Source of the DNA: Micrococcus luteus NCTC 2665
GTDB taxonomy: Bacteria > Actinomycetota > Actinomycetes > Actinomycetales > Micrococcaceae
Direction: 5' to 3'
NCBI RefSeq assembly: GCF_000023205.1
Contig: NC_012803.1
Span: 2,340,001 to 2,372,000 of the forward strand
DNA: 32,000 nt
The notes below the pieces were generated by a model. It made no database searches. It saw only the letters and a list, made by a program, of their open reading frames with translations, and was not told the origin of the DNA. The translations under genes were made by a program, and so were the position numbers. Below are positions 15,713 to 22,899 of this stretch, piece after piece. Within the stretch, counting starts at the first letter, position 1, and every line of letters starts with the position of its first letter.

Positions 15713-16704
15713 GCCGGGGCCGAGCCGGGGACGCCCGCGGCCCTGCGGCCGTCGGAGCGGCGGTAGGCCATCGCGAGCACGGCCCCGGAGAGGTTGTGCC
15801 AGATCGAGAACACGGCGCCCGGCAGGGCCGCCGCCGGCGAGATGTACTGCGCCGCGAGGCCCGCGGCGAGGCCCGAGTTCTGCATGCCGACCTCGATCGA
15901 GACCGTGCGCGCCACGGGCGTGGGCAGCCGGAACAGCTTCGCCGCGCCGTAGCCGAGCAGGTAGCCGAGCCCGTTGTGCAGCACCACCGCGGCGAACACC
16001 AGCAGGCCCGCCGACAGCACGCGCGAGGCGCTGTTCCCGACGACGGCGGCCACCACCAGTGCGATGAACACCACCGAGACCCACGGCAGGGCGGGCAGCA
16101 CGCGGTCGACGACGCGGCCCAGCAGCAGGCGCACGATGAGTCCGCCCAGGACCGGCAGGAGCACGATGTTCACGATGGACTTCGCCATGGCGCCGCCGTC
16201 GACGGCCATGTACTGGCCGGCCAGCCACAGGGTGAGCAGCGGCGTGAGCAACGGGGCCAGGAGCGTGGACACGGAGGTCATGGCCACGGAGAGGGCTGTG
16301 TCGGCGCGGGCGAGGTAGCTGACCACGTTCGAGGAGGTGCCGCCCGGGGCCGAGCCCACGAGGATCACGCCCGCCGCGAGCTCGGGCGGCAGCTGGAGCA
16401 CGACGGCGACGCCGAGCCCCAGCAGCAGCATGATCGCGTACTGCGCCACCACGCCCAGCAGCACGGGCAGCGGCCGGCGGGCGACGAGGCCGAAGTCCGG
16501 AAGGGTCAGCGTCAGGCCCATGCCGAACATGATGATCCCGAGGAACAGGTTGACCTGGGGCAGCAGCGTCTTCGCGGCGGTCGGGGCGAGGAAGCCCACG
16601 AGCGCGGCGGCGAGCACCAGCAGCGGGAAGACGGTGACGGCGATGCGCGCGGAGCGGTCTTCCGCGCGGCGGGCGTCGGTGGGGGCGGGATCCGGTGCGG
16701 TCAT
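15694..16704 (-). CDS. Bile acid:sodium symporter (BASS/SBF) family transporter
   Basis: MTAPDPAP... then FLGIIMFGMGLTLTLPDF, GVILVGSAPGGTSSNVVSYLA and VGMQNSGLAAGLA motifs typical of the SBF family. ATG at 16702-16704; the longer tracked ORF start is not supported. Confidence 0.85.
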   Translation of the reverse strand: MTAPDPAPTDARRAEDRSARIAVTVFPLLVLAAALVGFLAPTAAKTLLPQVNLFLGIIMFGMGLTLTLPDFGLVARRPLPVLLGVVAQYAIMLLLGLGVAVVLQLPPELAAGVILVGSAPGGTSSNVVSYLARADTALSVAMTSVSTLLAPLLTPLLTLWLAGQYMAVDGGAMAKSIVNIVLLPVLGGLIVRLLLGRVVDRVLPALPWVSVVFIALVVAAVVGNSASRVLSAGLLVFAAVVLHNGLGYLLGYGAAKLFRLPTPVARTVSIEVGMQNSGLAAGLAAQYISPAAALPGAVFSIWHNLSGAVLAMAYRRSDGRRAAGVPGSAPANRLRN

Positions 16705-16710
16705 CCCGTC

Positions 16711-16716
16711 ATGGTA
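16711..16716 (-). promoter_or_regulatory. -10-like hexamer TACCAT 6 nt upstream of the ATG (candidate leaderless promoter)
   Basis: The minus strand reads ctcTTACCATgacgggATG. Confidence 0.35.
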
Positions 16717-16769
16717 AGAGCGGGGCCGCGGTGCGTCGTCGCGTGACGCGGCGCCGTCGTCGGCCTTCC

Positions 16770-16841
16770 GGAATCTTCTGCGCCCCTGACCCTTCTGGAC
16801 GTCCGCTCCCGCCCCAGAAGGGTCAGGTCCGCAGACGATCC
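16770..16841. repeat. Family B palindromic element, copy B3
   Basis: GGAATCTTCTGCGCCCCTGACCCTTCTG, then loop GACGTCCGCTCCCGCCC (17 nt, 14/17 identical to the B1/B2 loop), then CAGAAGGGTCAGGTCCGCAGACGATCC. The right arm contains the stop of the DUF559-like gene. Confidence 0.95.
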
Positions 16842-17818
16842 TCCGCGCCACCGGCGTCGAGACCGCCACGCTCCGCGATCGCGGCCCGCACCAACGCCGC
16901 CGTCTCGACGAATCCCCGCCACCGGTCCGTCCCCGCCACCCGGATGTTGAGCCAGCCCTGACGCAGGAACACCGCGTCCCGGCGGGTGTCCTTGCCGACC
17001 TGCGCGGCGCCGTCGTGGGTCTTGCCCTCGTAGTGGATCGCGATCCGCCACCGCCGGTAGCCGAGGTCCGCGCTCGCGGGGTGCCAGAGCGAGTAGTCGG
17101 GGTCCCAGAGCTCGATCTGCAGGTCCGGCTCGGGCAGCCCCGCGGCCATCAGCGCCAGGCGCAGCTCGGTCTCGGCCGGGGAGTCGGAACCGGTGCGCAC
17201 GAGCGCCAGCGCCTCCCGCGCCCGCACGATCCCGGCCTCGCCCGTGTGCCGCTCGAGCGCGGCACCGAGCTCGCGGCGGGTGGCCAGCGCGACCTTCCCC
17301 CGCCGCTCGTCCTCCCGTGCCAGCCGATCCCCCACCGCCACGAGCGCGTCCCGGTCCAGGACGGTGGCCAGATGGAACCAGGTGTCGGCGTGAGAGGTCC
17401 AGCGCAGTCCATGCAGCCGGTCCCGCCGCACGAGGACGCGGTCCAGGTCCACGAGCCGGGTGCGCACGCCGGGCTCCCGCAGCACCCGGCGGGTGCGGGA
17501 CCGCAGGACGGTGGGGCGCACCCGGGCCTTCACGTCGTCCGGGAGGGGCCAGCCCAGCAGCCGGGCCACGGACTCTCCGGTCACCACGACGTCGGGACGC
17601 ATCGCCGCCAGGTCCTGCAGCCGGGACAGCTCGGTGGCGAGGGGACGCGCGGGCGGCGTCGCCCCGGTGACGGGGCCGATCCAGCGGTAGTGGCCGTGCG
17701 TGACGCGTTCGACGTCCCGGCTGCGCAGCCGCGACCCCGACACCCCGGCGGCCAGCGCCTCCGCCCGCGTGAACGGAGCGTCCTGGAGGTGGGCGGGGAA
17801 GGGTCCGGGCACGCGCAT
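16823..17818 (-). CDS. AbiEi-like N-terminal wHTH plus DUF559 / PD-(D/E)xK endonuclease-fold protein
   Basis: Start at ATG 17816-17818 (MRVPGPFPAHLQDAPFTRAEALAAGVSGSRLRSRDVERVTHGHY, an AbiEi_4-like N-terminus). The C-terminus reads ADLGYRRWRIAIHYEGKTHDG...RRDAVFLRQGW, which matches a D...ExK nuclease-fold pattern of the DUF559/Vsr-like type. Family call is from memory. Confidence 0.6.
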   Translation of the reverse strand: MRVPGPFPAHLQDAPFTRAEALAAGVSGSRLRSRDVERVTHGHYRWIGPVTGATPPARPLATELSRLQDLAAMRPDVVVTGESVARLLGWPLPDDVKARVRPTVLRSRTRRVLREPGVRTRLVDLDRVLVRRDRLHGLRWTSHADTWFHLATVLDRDALVAVGDRLAREDERRGKVALATRRELGAALERHTGEAGIVRAREALALVRTGSDSPAETELRLALMAAGLPEPDLQIELWDPDYSLWHPASADLGYRRWRIAIHYEGKTHDGAAQVGKDTRRDAVFLRQGWLNIRVAGTDRWRGFVETAALVRAAIAERGGLDAGGAEDRLRT

Positions 17819-17917
17819 GGCCCCGATCCTGCTCGCTCCCGACGCCGACGGGTCGGGTTGTCCACAGGCCGTGCGGCGGCGCCGGGCCGACGTCGTCGTG
17901 GGCGTCCTGCCGCTCGC

Positions 17918-17992
17918 GGGGAATCCGTTGCACATCTGACCCTTCTGAGCCGCCGCGCAGCGCTCGGAAGGGTCGGATCCGCAGAAGATTCC
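17918..17992. repeat. Family B palindromic element, copy B4 (degraded)
   Basis: GGGAATCCGTTGCACATCTGACCCTTCTG, then a 17-nt loop with a different sequence (AGCCGCCGCGCAGCGCT), then CGGAAGGGTCGGATCCGCAGAAGATTCC. The core GACCCTTC / GAAGGGTC is retained and the outer arms carry several mismatches. Confidence 0.85.
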
Positions 17993-17996
17993 TGAA

Positions 17997-19859
17997 TCAC
18001 CCGCTGAGCCCGTACTCCTTCAGCATCTTCCGGGCCTCCTTGGTGCCGGCCCTCTGCAGCTCGAGCAGCTGCGCGTAGATCCCGCCGGACTCGGCCAGCT
18101 CGGCCGGGGTCCCGATCTCCTGCACCTGCCCGCCGCGCAGCGTGACGATCCGGTCCACGGACGCGATCGTGCTCAGCCGGTGCGCCACGATCAGGCTCGA
18201 CCGCCCCACCATCAGGTCCTCGAGGGCCGCCTGCACGAGCCGTTCGGACTTCGTGTCCAGTGCGGAGGTGGCCTCGTCCAGCACGAGGATCGGCGCGTCC
18301 TTGAGCACGGCCCGCGCCACCGCGATCCGCTGCTTCTGCCCGCCGGACAGCCGCAGCCCGCGCTCGCCGATCACCTGTTCGTAGCCGTCGTCGAACGCCT
18401 CCACGAACCGGTGCGCGTACGCAGCCTCGGCGGCGGCCCGGACACGTTCGTCGGAGGCGCCGGGGTCCGCGTAGGCGATGTTCTCGCGCACCGTCCCGGA
18501 GAAGAGGCTCGGCTCCTGGAACACGGTGGCGATCCGCCCGCGCAGCGCGGCCGGGTCCAGCCCGGCGACGTCCTGTCCGAACACCTCGATGCGTCCGCTC
18601 GTCACCGGGTACAGACCCAGCAGCAGGTGCGCGATGGTCGACTTCCCGCCGCCCGACTCGCCCACGAGCGCCACCCTGGCACCCTGCGGGATGTCGAAGG
18701 ACACGCGGTCCAGCACGGGGCGGGAGGCGTCGGCGTCGTAGGCGAAGGAGACCTCGTTGAAGCGCACGGCCGGCACGTCCGCGGGGATGTCCGGCGCACC
18801 CGGCACGACGTCGGCCCGCGGCTCCGCCGGCACGCGCGGTGCGTCCGCACCCACCACCGCGAGCGCCGCCCCGCCGGCCCGCTCGCGCTCCTCGGCGAGC
18901 ACCTCGAAGTAGTCCTTCGACCCGGCGACGGCGCGCTGGGCGGAGTCCACGAGGAAGCTCATGGAGAAGATCGGCTGCCGGGCCATGTTCATCAGCTGCA
19001 GGAGGATCACCATGTCGCCCACGGAGAACAGGCCCTGCGCGGTGCGGACGAACACGATCAGGTACATCGCGCCGAAGGCCACGTTCAGGGCGAGCCGCCG
19101 CCCGGCGTCCATGCCGTGCCAGAACCGGGACTGCTGCCGGGTGATCCCCACGGTCCGCAGGAACCGGTCGCGGAACCCGGTGAGCTCGTGATCCTGCCGG
19201 TTGTAGGCCCGCACCACGGACATCTGGGAGACCACCTCGGCGAACCGCCCCGAGGCGATGTCCACCTCCGTGTTCTTCTCCCCCTCCCACACCTGCCACT
19301 TCGCGGAGGTCCGCGCGGTGAGCCACATGTACACGGGGAAGACGACGGCCAGCAGGATCGCCAGCGGCCACCAGTAGAACGCCGTGATCACGAGCACCGC
19401 GGCGGTGGTGATGAGCATGGTGAACGCGTTGTTGGCGAAGAACTGCAGGAATTGGGTGAGCTCGTTGATGGTGCGGTTCAACCGGTTGACGACCCGCCCG
19501 GTGATCGCGGTGTCGAAGTACCGCTGGGGCAGGTGCAGCAGCTGCTCGAAGTACCGCGTGGAGAGGATGGTGCGCATGCGCGCGGCCATCACGTCGCCCC
19601 AGTAGCCGCCGACGCTCACCACCAGGGTGGTCGCCACCTCGACGGCGAGGAACGCGACCGCCAGCCAGGTCACCGCGGTGACGGCCTCGGCCACACCGGT
19701 CTCCCCCGCGACGGCGGCGACGATCCGGTCCGTGGCCGCACCGATCAGGAACGGGGTGGCCAGGGCCAGCACCGCGGCCAGTACGGAGCTGACGGCGATG
19801 CCGAGGTAGAGGCGGTGGAGCTGGGGCGCGAAGCGCAGGATGCGGAGCAGCGACGTCAC
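17997..19859 (-). CDS. ABC exporter, fused permease and ATPase (MsbA / multidrug type half-transporter)
   Basis: Six N-terminal helices, then Walker A GESGGGKST, signature LSGGQKQRIAVARAV, Walker B ILVLDEATSALD and an H-loop. GTG start at 19857-19859. Confidence 0.9.
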   Translation of the reverse strand: MTSLLRILRFAPQLHRLYLGIAVSSVLAAVLALATPFLIGAATDRIVAAVAGETGVAEAVTAVTWLAVAFLAVEVATTLVVSVGGYWGDVMAARMRTILSTRYFEQLLHLPQRYFDTAITGRVVNRLNRTINELTQFLQFFANNAFTMLITTAAVLVITAFYWWPLAILLAVVFPVYMWLTARTSAKWQVWEGEKNTEVDIASGRFAEVVSQMSVVRAYNRQDHELTGFRDRFLRTVGITRQQSRFWHGMDAGRRLALNVAFGAMYLIVFVRTAQGLFSVGDMVILLQLMNMARQPIFSMSFLVDSAQRAVAGSKDYFEVLAEERERAGGAALAVVGADAPRVPAEPRADVVPGAPDIPADVPAVRFNEVSFAYDADASRPVLDRVSFDIPQGARVALVGESGGGKSTIAHLLLGLYPVTSGRIEVFGQDVAGLDPAALRGRIATVFQEPSLFSGTVRENIAYADPGASDERVRAAAEAAYAHRFVEAFDDGYEQVIGERGLRLSGGQKQRIAVARAVLKDAPILVLDEATSALDTKSERLVQAALEDLMVGRSSLIVAHRLSTIASVDRIVTLRGGQVQEIGTPAELAESGGIYAQLLELQRAGTKEARKMLKEYGLSG

Positions 19860-19865
19860 CGGGCC

Positions 19866-19871
19866 AGGCTA
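19866..19871 (-). promoter_or_regulatory. -10-like hexamer TAGCCT 6 nt upstream of the GTG start (candidate leaderless promoter)
   Basis: The minus strand reads ccacTAGCCTggcccgGTG. The TAnnCTGGCCC context is the same as at 6249 and 7636. Confidence 0.35.
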
Positions 19872-19917
19872 GTGGCCGGGGCGGACCTCTCGGTGGGCCG
19901 GTCGGCCCGCCAGGACA

Positions 19918-20388
19918 TCAGAACGGGGGCGTGGCGGCGACGGCGGCGAGCACGGGGTGCAGCAGCGGGGCCACGCCGTGCCCGCCGGGTGCGGCCGGGG
20001 CGGCGGGGTCCATCCAGTGCAGCTCGACGATCTCGTCCGTCGGCTCGGGGACCTCGTGCCGGGCGACGGGCCGCCACAGCGCGAACACCTCCGAGTGCAG
20101 GGCGGCGCCGGGCTCGTTGGCGGCGGCGGTGTCCCACGCGCCGAGGCGGGTCAGCTCGTCCGGGCGCAGGCGCAGCCCGGTCTCCTCGGCCACCTCGCGG
20201 ACGGCGGTGTCCACGGGGGCCTCGCCGGGCAGGTGCTTGCCGCCGGGGAACATGAACATGGCGGTGCCGGCCTTGCGGACGGTCAGCACGCGGCGGTCCG
20301 GGCGGGCCAGCACGACGGCGGAGACGCGGATGACCTCCCCGGCCGCGACGGTCGGCGTGCGGGCGGAGTCGGAGGGGGAAGGACTCAT
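19918..20388 (-). CDS. NUDIX hydrolase
   Basis: Nudix box GGKHLPGEAPVDTAVREVAEETGL (Gx5Ex7REUxEExGU). GGAGGA lies upstream of ATG 20386-20388. Confidence 0.85.
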   Translation of the reverse strand: MSPSPSDSARTPTVAAGEVIRVSAVVLARPDRRVLTVRKAGTAMFMFPGGKHLPGEAPVDTAVREVAEETGLRLRPDELTRLGAWDTAAANEPGAALHSEVFALWRPVARHEVPEPTDEIVELHWMDPAAPAAPGGHGVAPLLHPVLAAVAATPPF

Positions 20389-20413
20389 GCCCCCATCATC
20401 CTCCCCGGGCGGC

Positions 20414-21280
20414 TCAGAGGAGCGTGAGCCCCACCTTCACGGCGATTCCCAGCATGAGCACGCCCACCACGGCGTCCACGATCCGCCACGTCCGCGCCGA
20501 GTCCATGGACGGGGCGAGCTTCGTCCCGCCCCAGCCGAGCGCGGTGAACCAGACGAGCGAGGCCGCCACCGCGCCGCCCACGTACGCCCACTTCGCCGCC
20601 CCGAACGTCTGCGCGAAGGTGCCCATCATGACCACGGTGTCGAGGATGGCGTGCGGGTTCACCAGGGAGACGGACAGCGCCAGCAGGATGATCCGCGGCA
20701 GCGGCGTCTGCGGGCGGTCCAACGCCACGCGGCGCGGCTGCACGCGCTGCCGCACCGCCACCGACCCACCGCCCGAGGGGGTGCCGAAGCCGGGCGCGCC
20801 GTCGTCGTGACGGCCGACGCCGGCCCCGGCCGGCTCGCGATCGGCCAGGCGGCCGGTCGCCGGGTCGATCAGCGGCAGCTCGCCGGTGAGGACCGCGAGG
20901 TCGATGCGGTCAGGGCCGTGCCCGGTCCCCTCGACGTCCGCGGCCGCGGTGGTGAGGGTCCGGTCCCCGCGCCAGGCGGAGCGCAGCGCGCCCACGGCGA
21001 ACGCGAGGAGGTAGACCACGCCGGCCACGGTCAGCGCGGGCACGAGCCACGGCCAGCGTTCGGCCACCACGCCCACGCCGCCGGCGCCGAGCACGAGCAG
21101 CGCCACATCGGCCACGAAGCACACGGTCAGGACGGTCCACACGCGGTCGCGTCGGACGATCTGGCGCAGCAGGAACAGGGTCTGCGCGCCGATGGCGACG
21201 ATGAGGGCGAGGTAGGTCAGGAATCCGGTGGCGAAGATGGTCACCGAGCGAGGATAGGAGCCGTCCCACGTCCGTGCCAT
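20414..21280 (-). CDS. lysE: LysE/ArgO-family basic amino-acid exporter with an enlarged central loop
   Basis: FLTYLALIVAIGAQTLFLLRQ N-terminus and LSVSLVNPHAILDTVVMMG second half are typical of the LysE family. It is divergent from a LysG/ArgP-type LysR gene. About 80 aa of non-hydrophobic insert separates the two halves. ATG at 21278-21280. Confidence 0.8.
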   Translation of the reverse strand: MARTWDGSYPRSVTIFATGFLTYLALIVAIGAQTLFLLRQIVRRDRVWTVLTVCFVADVALLVLGAGGVGVVAERWPWLVPALTVAGVVYLLAFAVGALRSAWRGDRTLTTAAADVEGTGHGPDRIDLAVLTGELPLIDPATGRLADREPAGAGVGRHDDGAPGFGTPSGGGSVAVRQRVQPRRVALDRPQTPLPRIILLALSVSLVNPHAILDTVVMMGTFAQTFGAAKWAYVGGAVAASLVWFTALGWGGTKLAPSMDSARTWRIVDAVVGVLMLGIAVKVGLTLL

Positions 21281-21283
21281 CGC

Positions 21284-21305
21284 GATCTTCTTCAAGATCT
21301 GAAGA
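21284..21305. promoter_or_regulatory. Overlapping dyads in the 33-bp lysE-lysG intergenic region (candidate LysG operator)
   Basis: GATCTT-N4-AAGATC (21284-21299) and TCTTCA-N5-TGAAGA (21289-21305). This is the most AT-rich stretch of the window. Confidence 0.35.
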
Positions 21306-21313
21306 CATCCTTC

Positions 21314-22237
21314 ATGACCACCCCTACCCTGGACCGCATGAACTCCGACCACCTGCGCGCCCTCGTCGCGGCCGTCGACCACGGCACCTTCGACGCCGCC
21401 GCGGACTCCCTGCGGATCTCCGGCTCGGCCTTCTCGCAGCGGATCAAGGCCCTCGAGCGGCAGGTGGGCCAGGTGCTCCTGGCCCGCACCGTCCCCGTCC
21501 GGCCGACCGCGGCCGGAGAGCGCCTGCTCCGTCTCGCCCGGCAGACCCTCGCACTCGAGGACGAGGCGCTCGCCGCGCTCGGCCGGGGCGACGGAGGCCG
21601 CGTGCCGCTGCGCGTGGCCCTCAACGCGGACTCCCTCGACACGTGGTGGGAGCCCGTGCTGCGCGAGGCGGCGACGTGGGACGACGTCGTCCTGCAGATG
21701 CAGTCCGAGGATCAGGAGCACACCGCCGTCCTGCTGCGGGACGGCGCGGTCGTGGCCGCCGTGACGGACGACCCCACGCCCGTGGCCGGGTGCAGCTCCA
21801 CCCCGCTGGGCACGATGCGCTATCACGCGGTGTGCGCGTCCTTCCTGCTGGAGCTGCACCGCGACGCGCGGGGCCGGGTGGACTTCGGCTCGCTGCCGAT
21901 CGTGGACTACGGCCCCCGCGACGGGCTGCAGCGCACGGTGCTGCGCCGCGTCACCCGGGGCCGCCCCGCGATCGTCCCGCCGACGCATCTGGTGCCCTCC
22001 GTGCACGCCTATCTGCGGGCGGTGGAGCTCGGGCTGGGCTGGGGCATGCTCCCTTCGGCGCAGATCCCGCCGGGCGTGCTCGAGGGCCGGCACCCCGACC
22101 TCGAGCCGATCCCGGCCCTCGGCGCGGCCGACGTGCACCTGCACTGGCAGCGCTGGACGGCCGGGACCGCGGCCCTGGACCGCCTCACGGACGCGGTGCT
22201 GCGCGCCGCGCCCTCGGCGGGGGACGCCGCGGACTGA
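21314..22237 (+). CDS. lysG: LysR-family regulator of the LysG/ArgP type
   Basis: LRALVAAVDHGTFDAAADSLRISGSAFSQRIKALERQVGQVLLAR HTH, and a divergent arrangement with lysE. ATG at 21314; an alternative ATG lies 8 codons downstream. Confidence 0.85.
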   Translation: MTTPTLDRMNSDHLRALVAAVDHGTFDAAADSLRISGSAFSQRIKALERQVGQVLLARTVPVRPTAAGERLLRLARQTLALEDEALAALGRGDGGRVPLRVALNADSLDTWWEPVLREAATWDDVVLQMQSEDQEHTAVLLRDGAVVAAVTDDPTPVAGCSSTPLGTMRYHAVCASFLLELHRDARGRVDFGSLPIVDYGPRDGLQRTVLRRVTRGRPAIVPPTHLVPSVHAYLRAVELGLGWGMLPSAQIPPGVLEGRHPDLEPIPALGAADVHLHWQRWTAGTAALDRLTDAVLRAAPSAGDAAD

Positions 22238-22267
22238 GGAGCGCATTCGAGACCTGCCCCCGACACG

Positions 22268-22300
22268 CCGCGACCCCCGCCTCAGGGGCGGGGGTCGCGG
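22268..22300. terminator. 14-bp perfect-stem hairpin between convergent genes (bidirectional terminator candidate)
   Basis: CCGCGACCCCCGCC (22268-22281), loop TCAGG, GGCGGGGGTCGCGG (22287-22300). Confidence 0.6.
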
Positions 22301-22331
22301 TCACGGGCCGCTCGACGCGGCCGGGGTCGGG

Positions 22332-22757
22332 TCAACGGCCGTCGCCGGTGCCCGGACGGCGGGTGGCGTCGCCCAGGGTGCCGTCGGCCTCGCGGCGGCG
22401 GGCGTCCACGCCCTCGGTGCGCACGTCGCCGGCGCGGTCGTCCACGCGGTGCACGTCATGGTCACGGTGCGCGCCGGCCACGTGGTGGTCGCGGCGCACG
22501 GGCTCGGCGTGCACCTCACGCTTGCGGCGGCCGGCCAGGCCCGCCAGGCCCAGCAGACCGGCCAGGCCCCACAGGCCCCAGTTGCCGTTGTCGTCCTTCT
22601 CCTCCTGCTGGGGAGCGGGCGACTGGGAGGCCGGCGCCGTGGTGGCGGTCTCGGTGGCCGGGGCCGTGGTCTGAGCGACGGCGGCGGGGGCTCCGAGGCC
22701 GGTGAGGACGGCGGCGCCGAGGGTCAGGGCGGTGGCGGTGCGGCGGATGTCGGTCAT
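22332..22757 (-). CDS. Secreted, membrane-anchored WGxxGxxG-type protein with a His/Arg/Asp-rich cytoplasmic tail
   Basis: Signal peptide MTDIRRTATALTLGAAVLTGLGAPAAVAQ, a Thr/Ala/Pro linker, DDNGNWGLWGLAGLLGLAGLAGRRKR (a Gly-zipper helix with a positive stop-transfer), then a 60-aa tail with HRDHDVHRVDD. GAGGAG lies 6 nt upstream of the ATG. Confidence 0.6.
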   Translation of the reverse strand: MTDIRRTATALTLGAAVLTGLGAPAAVAQTTAPATETATTAPASQSPAPQQEEKDDNGNWGLWGLAGLLGLAGLAGRRKREVHAEPVRRDHHVAGAHRDHDVHRVDDRAGDVRTEGVDARRREADGTLGDATRRPGTGDGR

Positions 22758-22899
22758 GATCGTGCTCCTCTCACCGGCGGCTTGCGCCGACCGGCGTCGG
22801 GAAGGATCGGCCGGAAGTCCCGGACGACCCTTTCTGGGTCATGCACAAGCACCGTACGCACAGGAGGATGGGGGGCCGTCAACGGTCGCCGACCCGGGG

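Noticed and set aside
14602-17992. Family B repeats read as a CRISPR array or as integron attC sites marking gene cassettes.
   Set aside because: The repeats are about 1 kb apart and are separated by full-length genes, not 30-40 bp spacers, and no cas genes are present. For attC, no integrase or attI is seen, the bracketed genes are on different strands, and I could not find the RYYYAAC/GTTRRRY core sites.
22805-22842. Possible solo half-copy of family B (ccggaagtcccggacGACCCTTTCTGGGtc), which contains a small GACCC-AGAAA-GGGTC hairpin on the minus strand.
   Set aside because: Only about 12 nt resemble the family B core. There is no second arm and no 17-nt loop, so a chance match cannot be excluded in this base composition.
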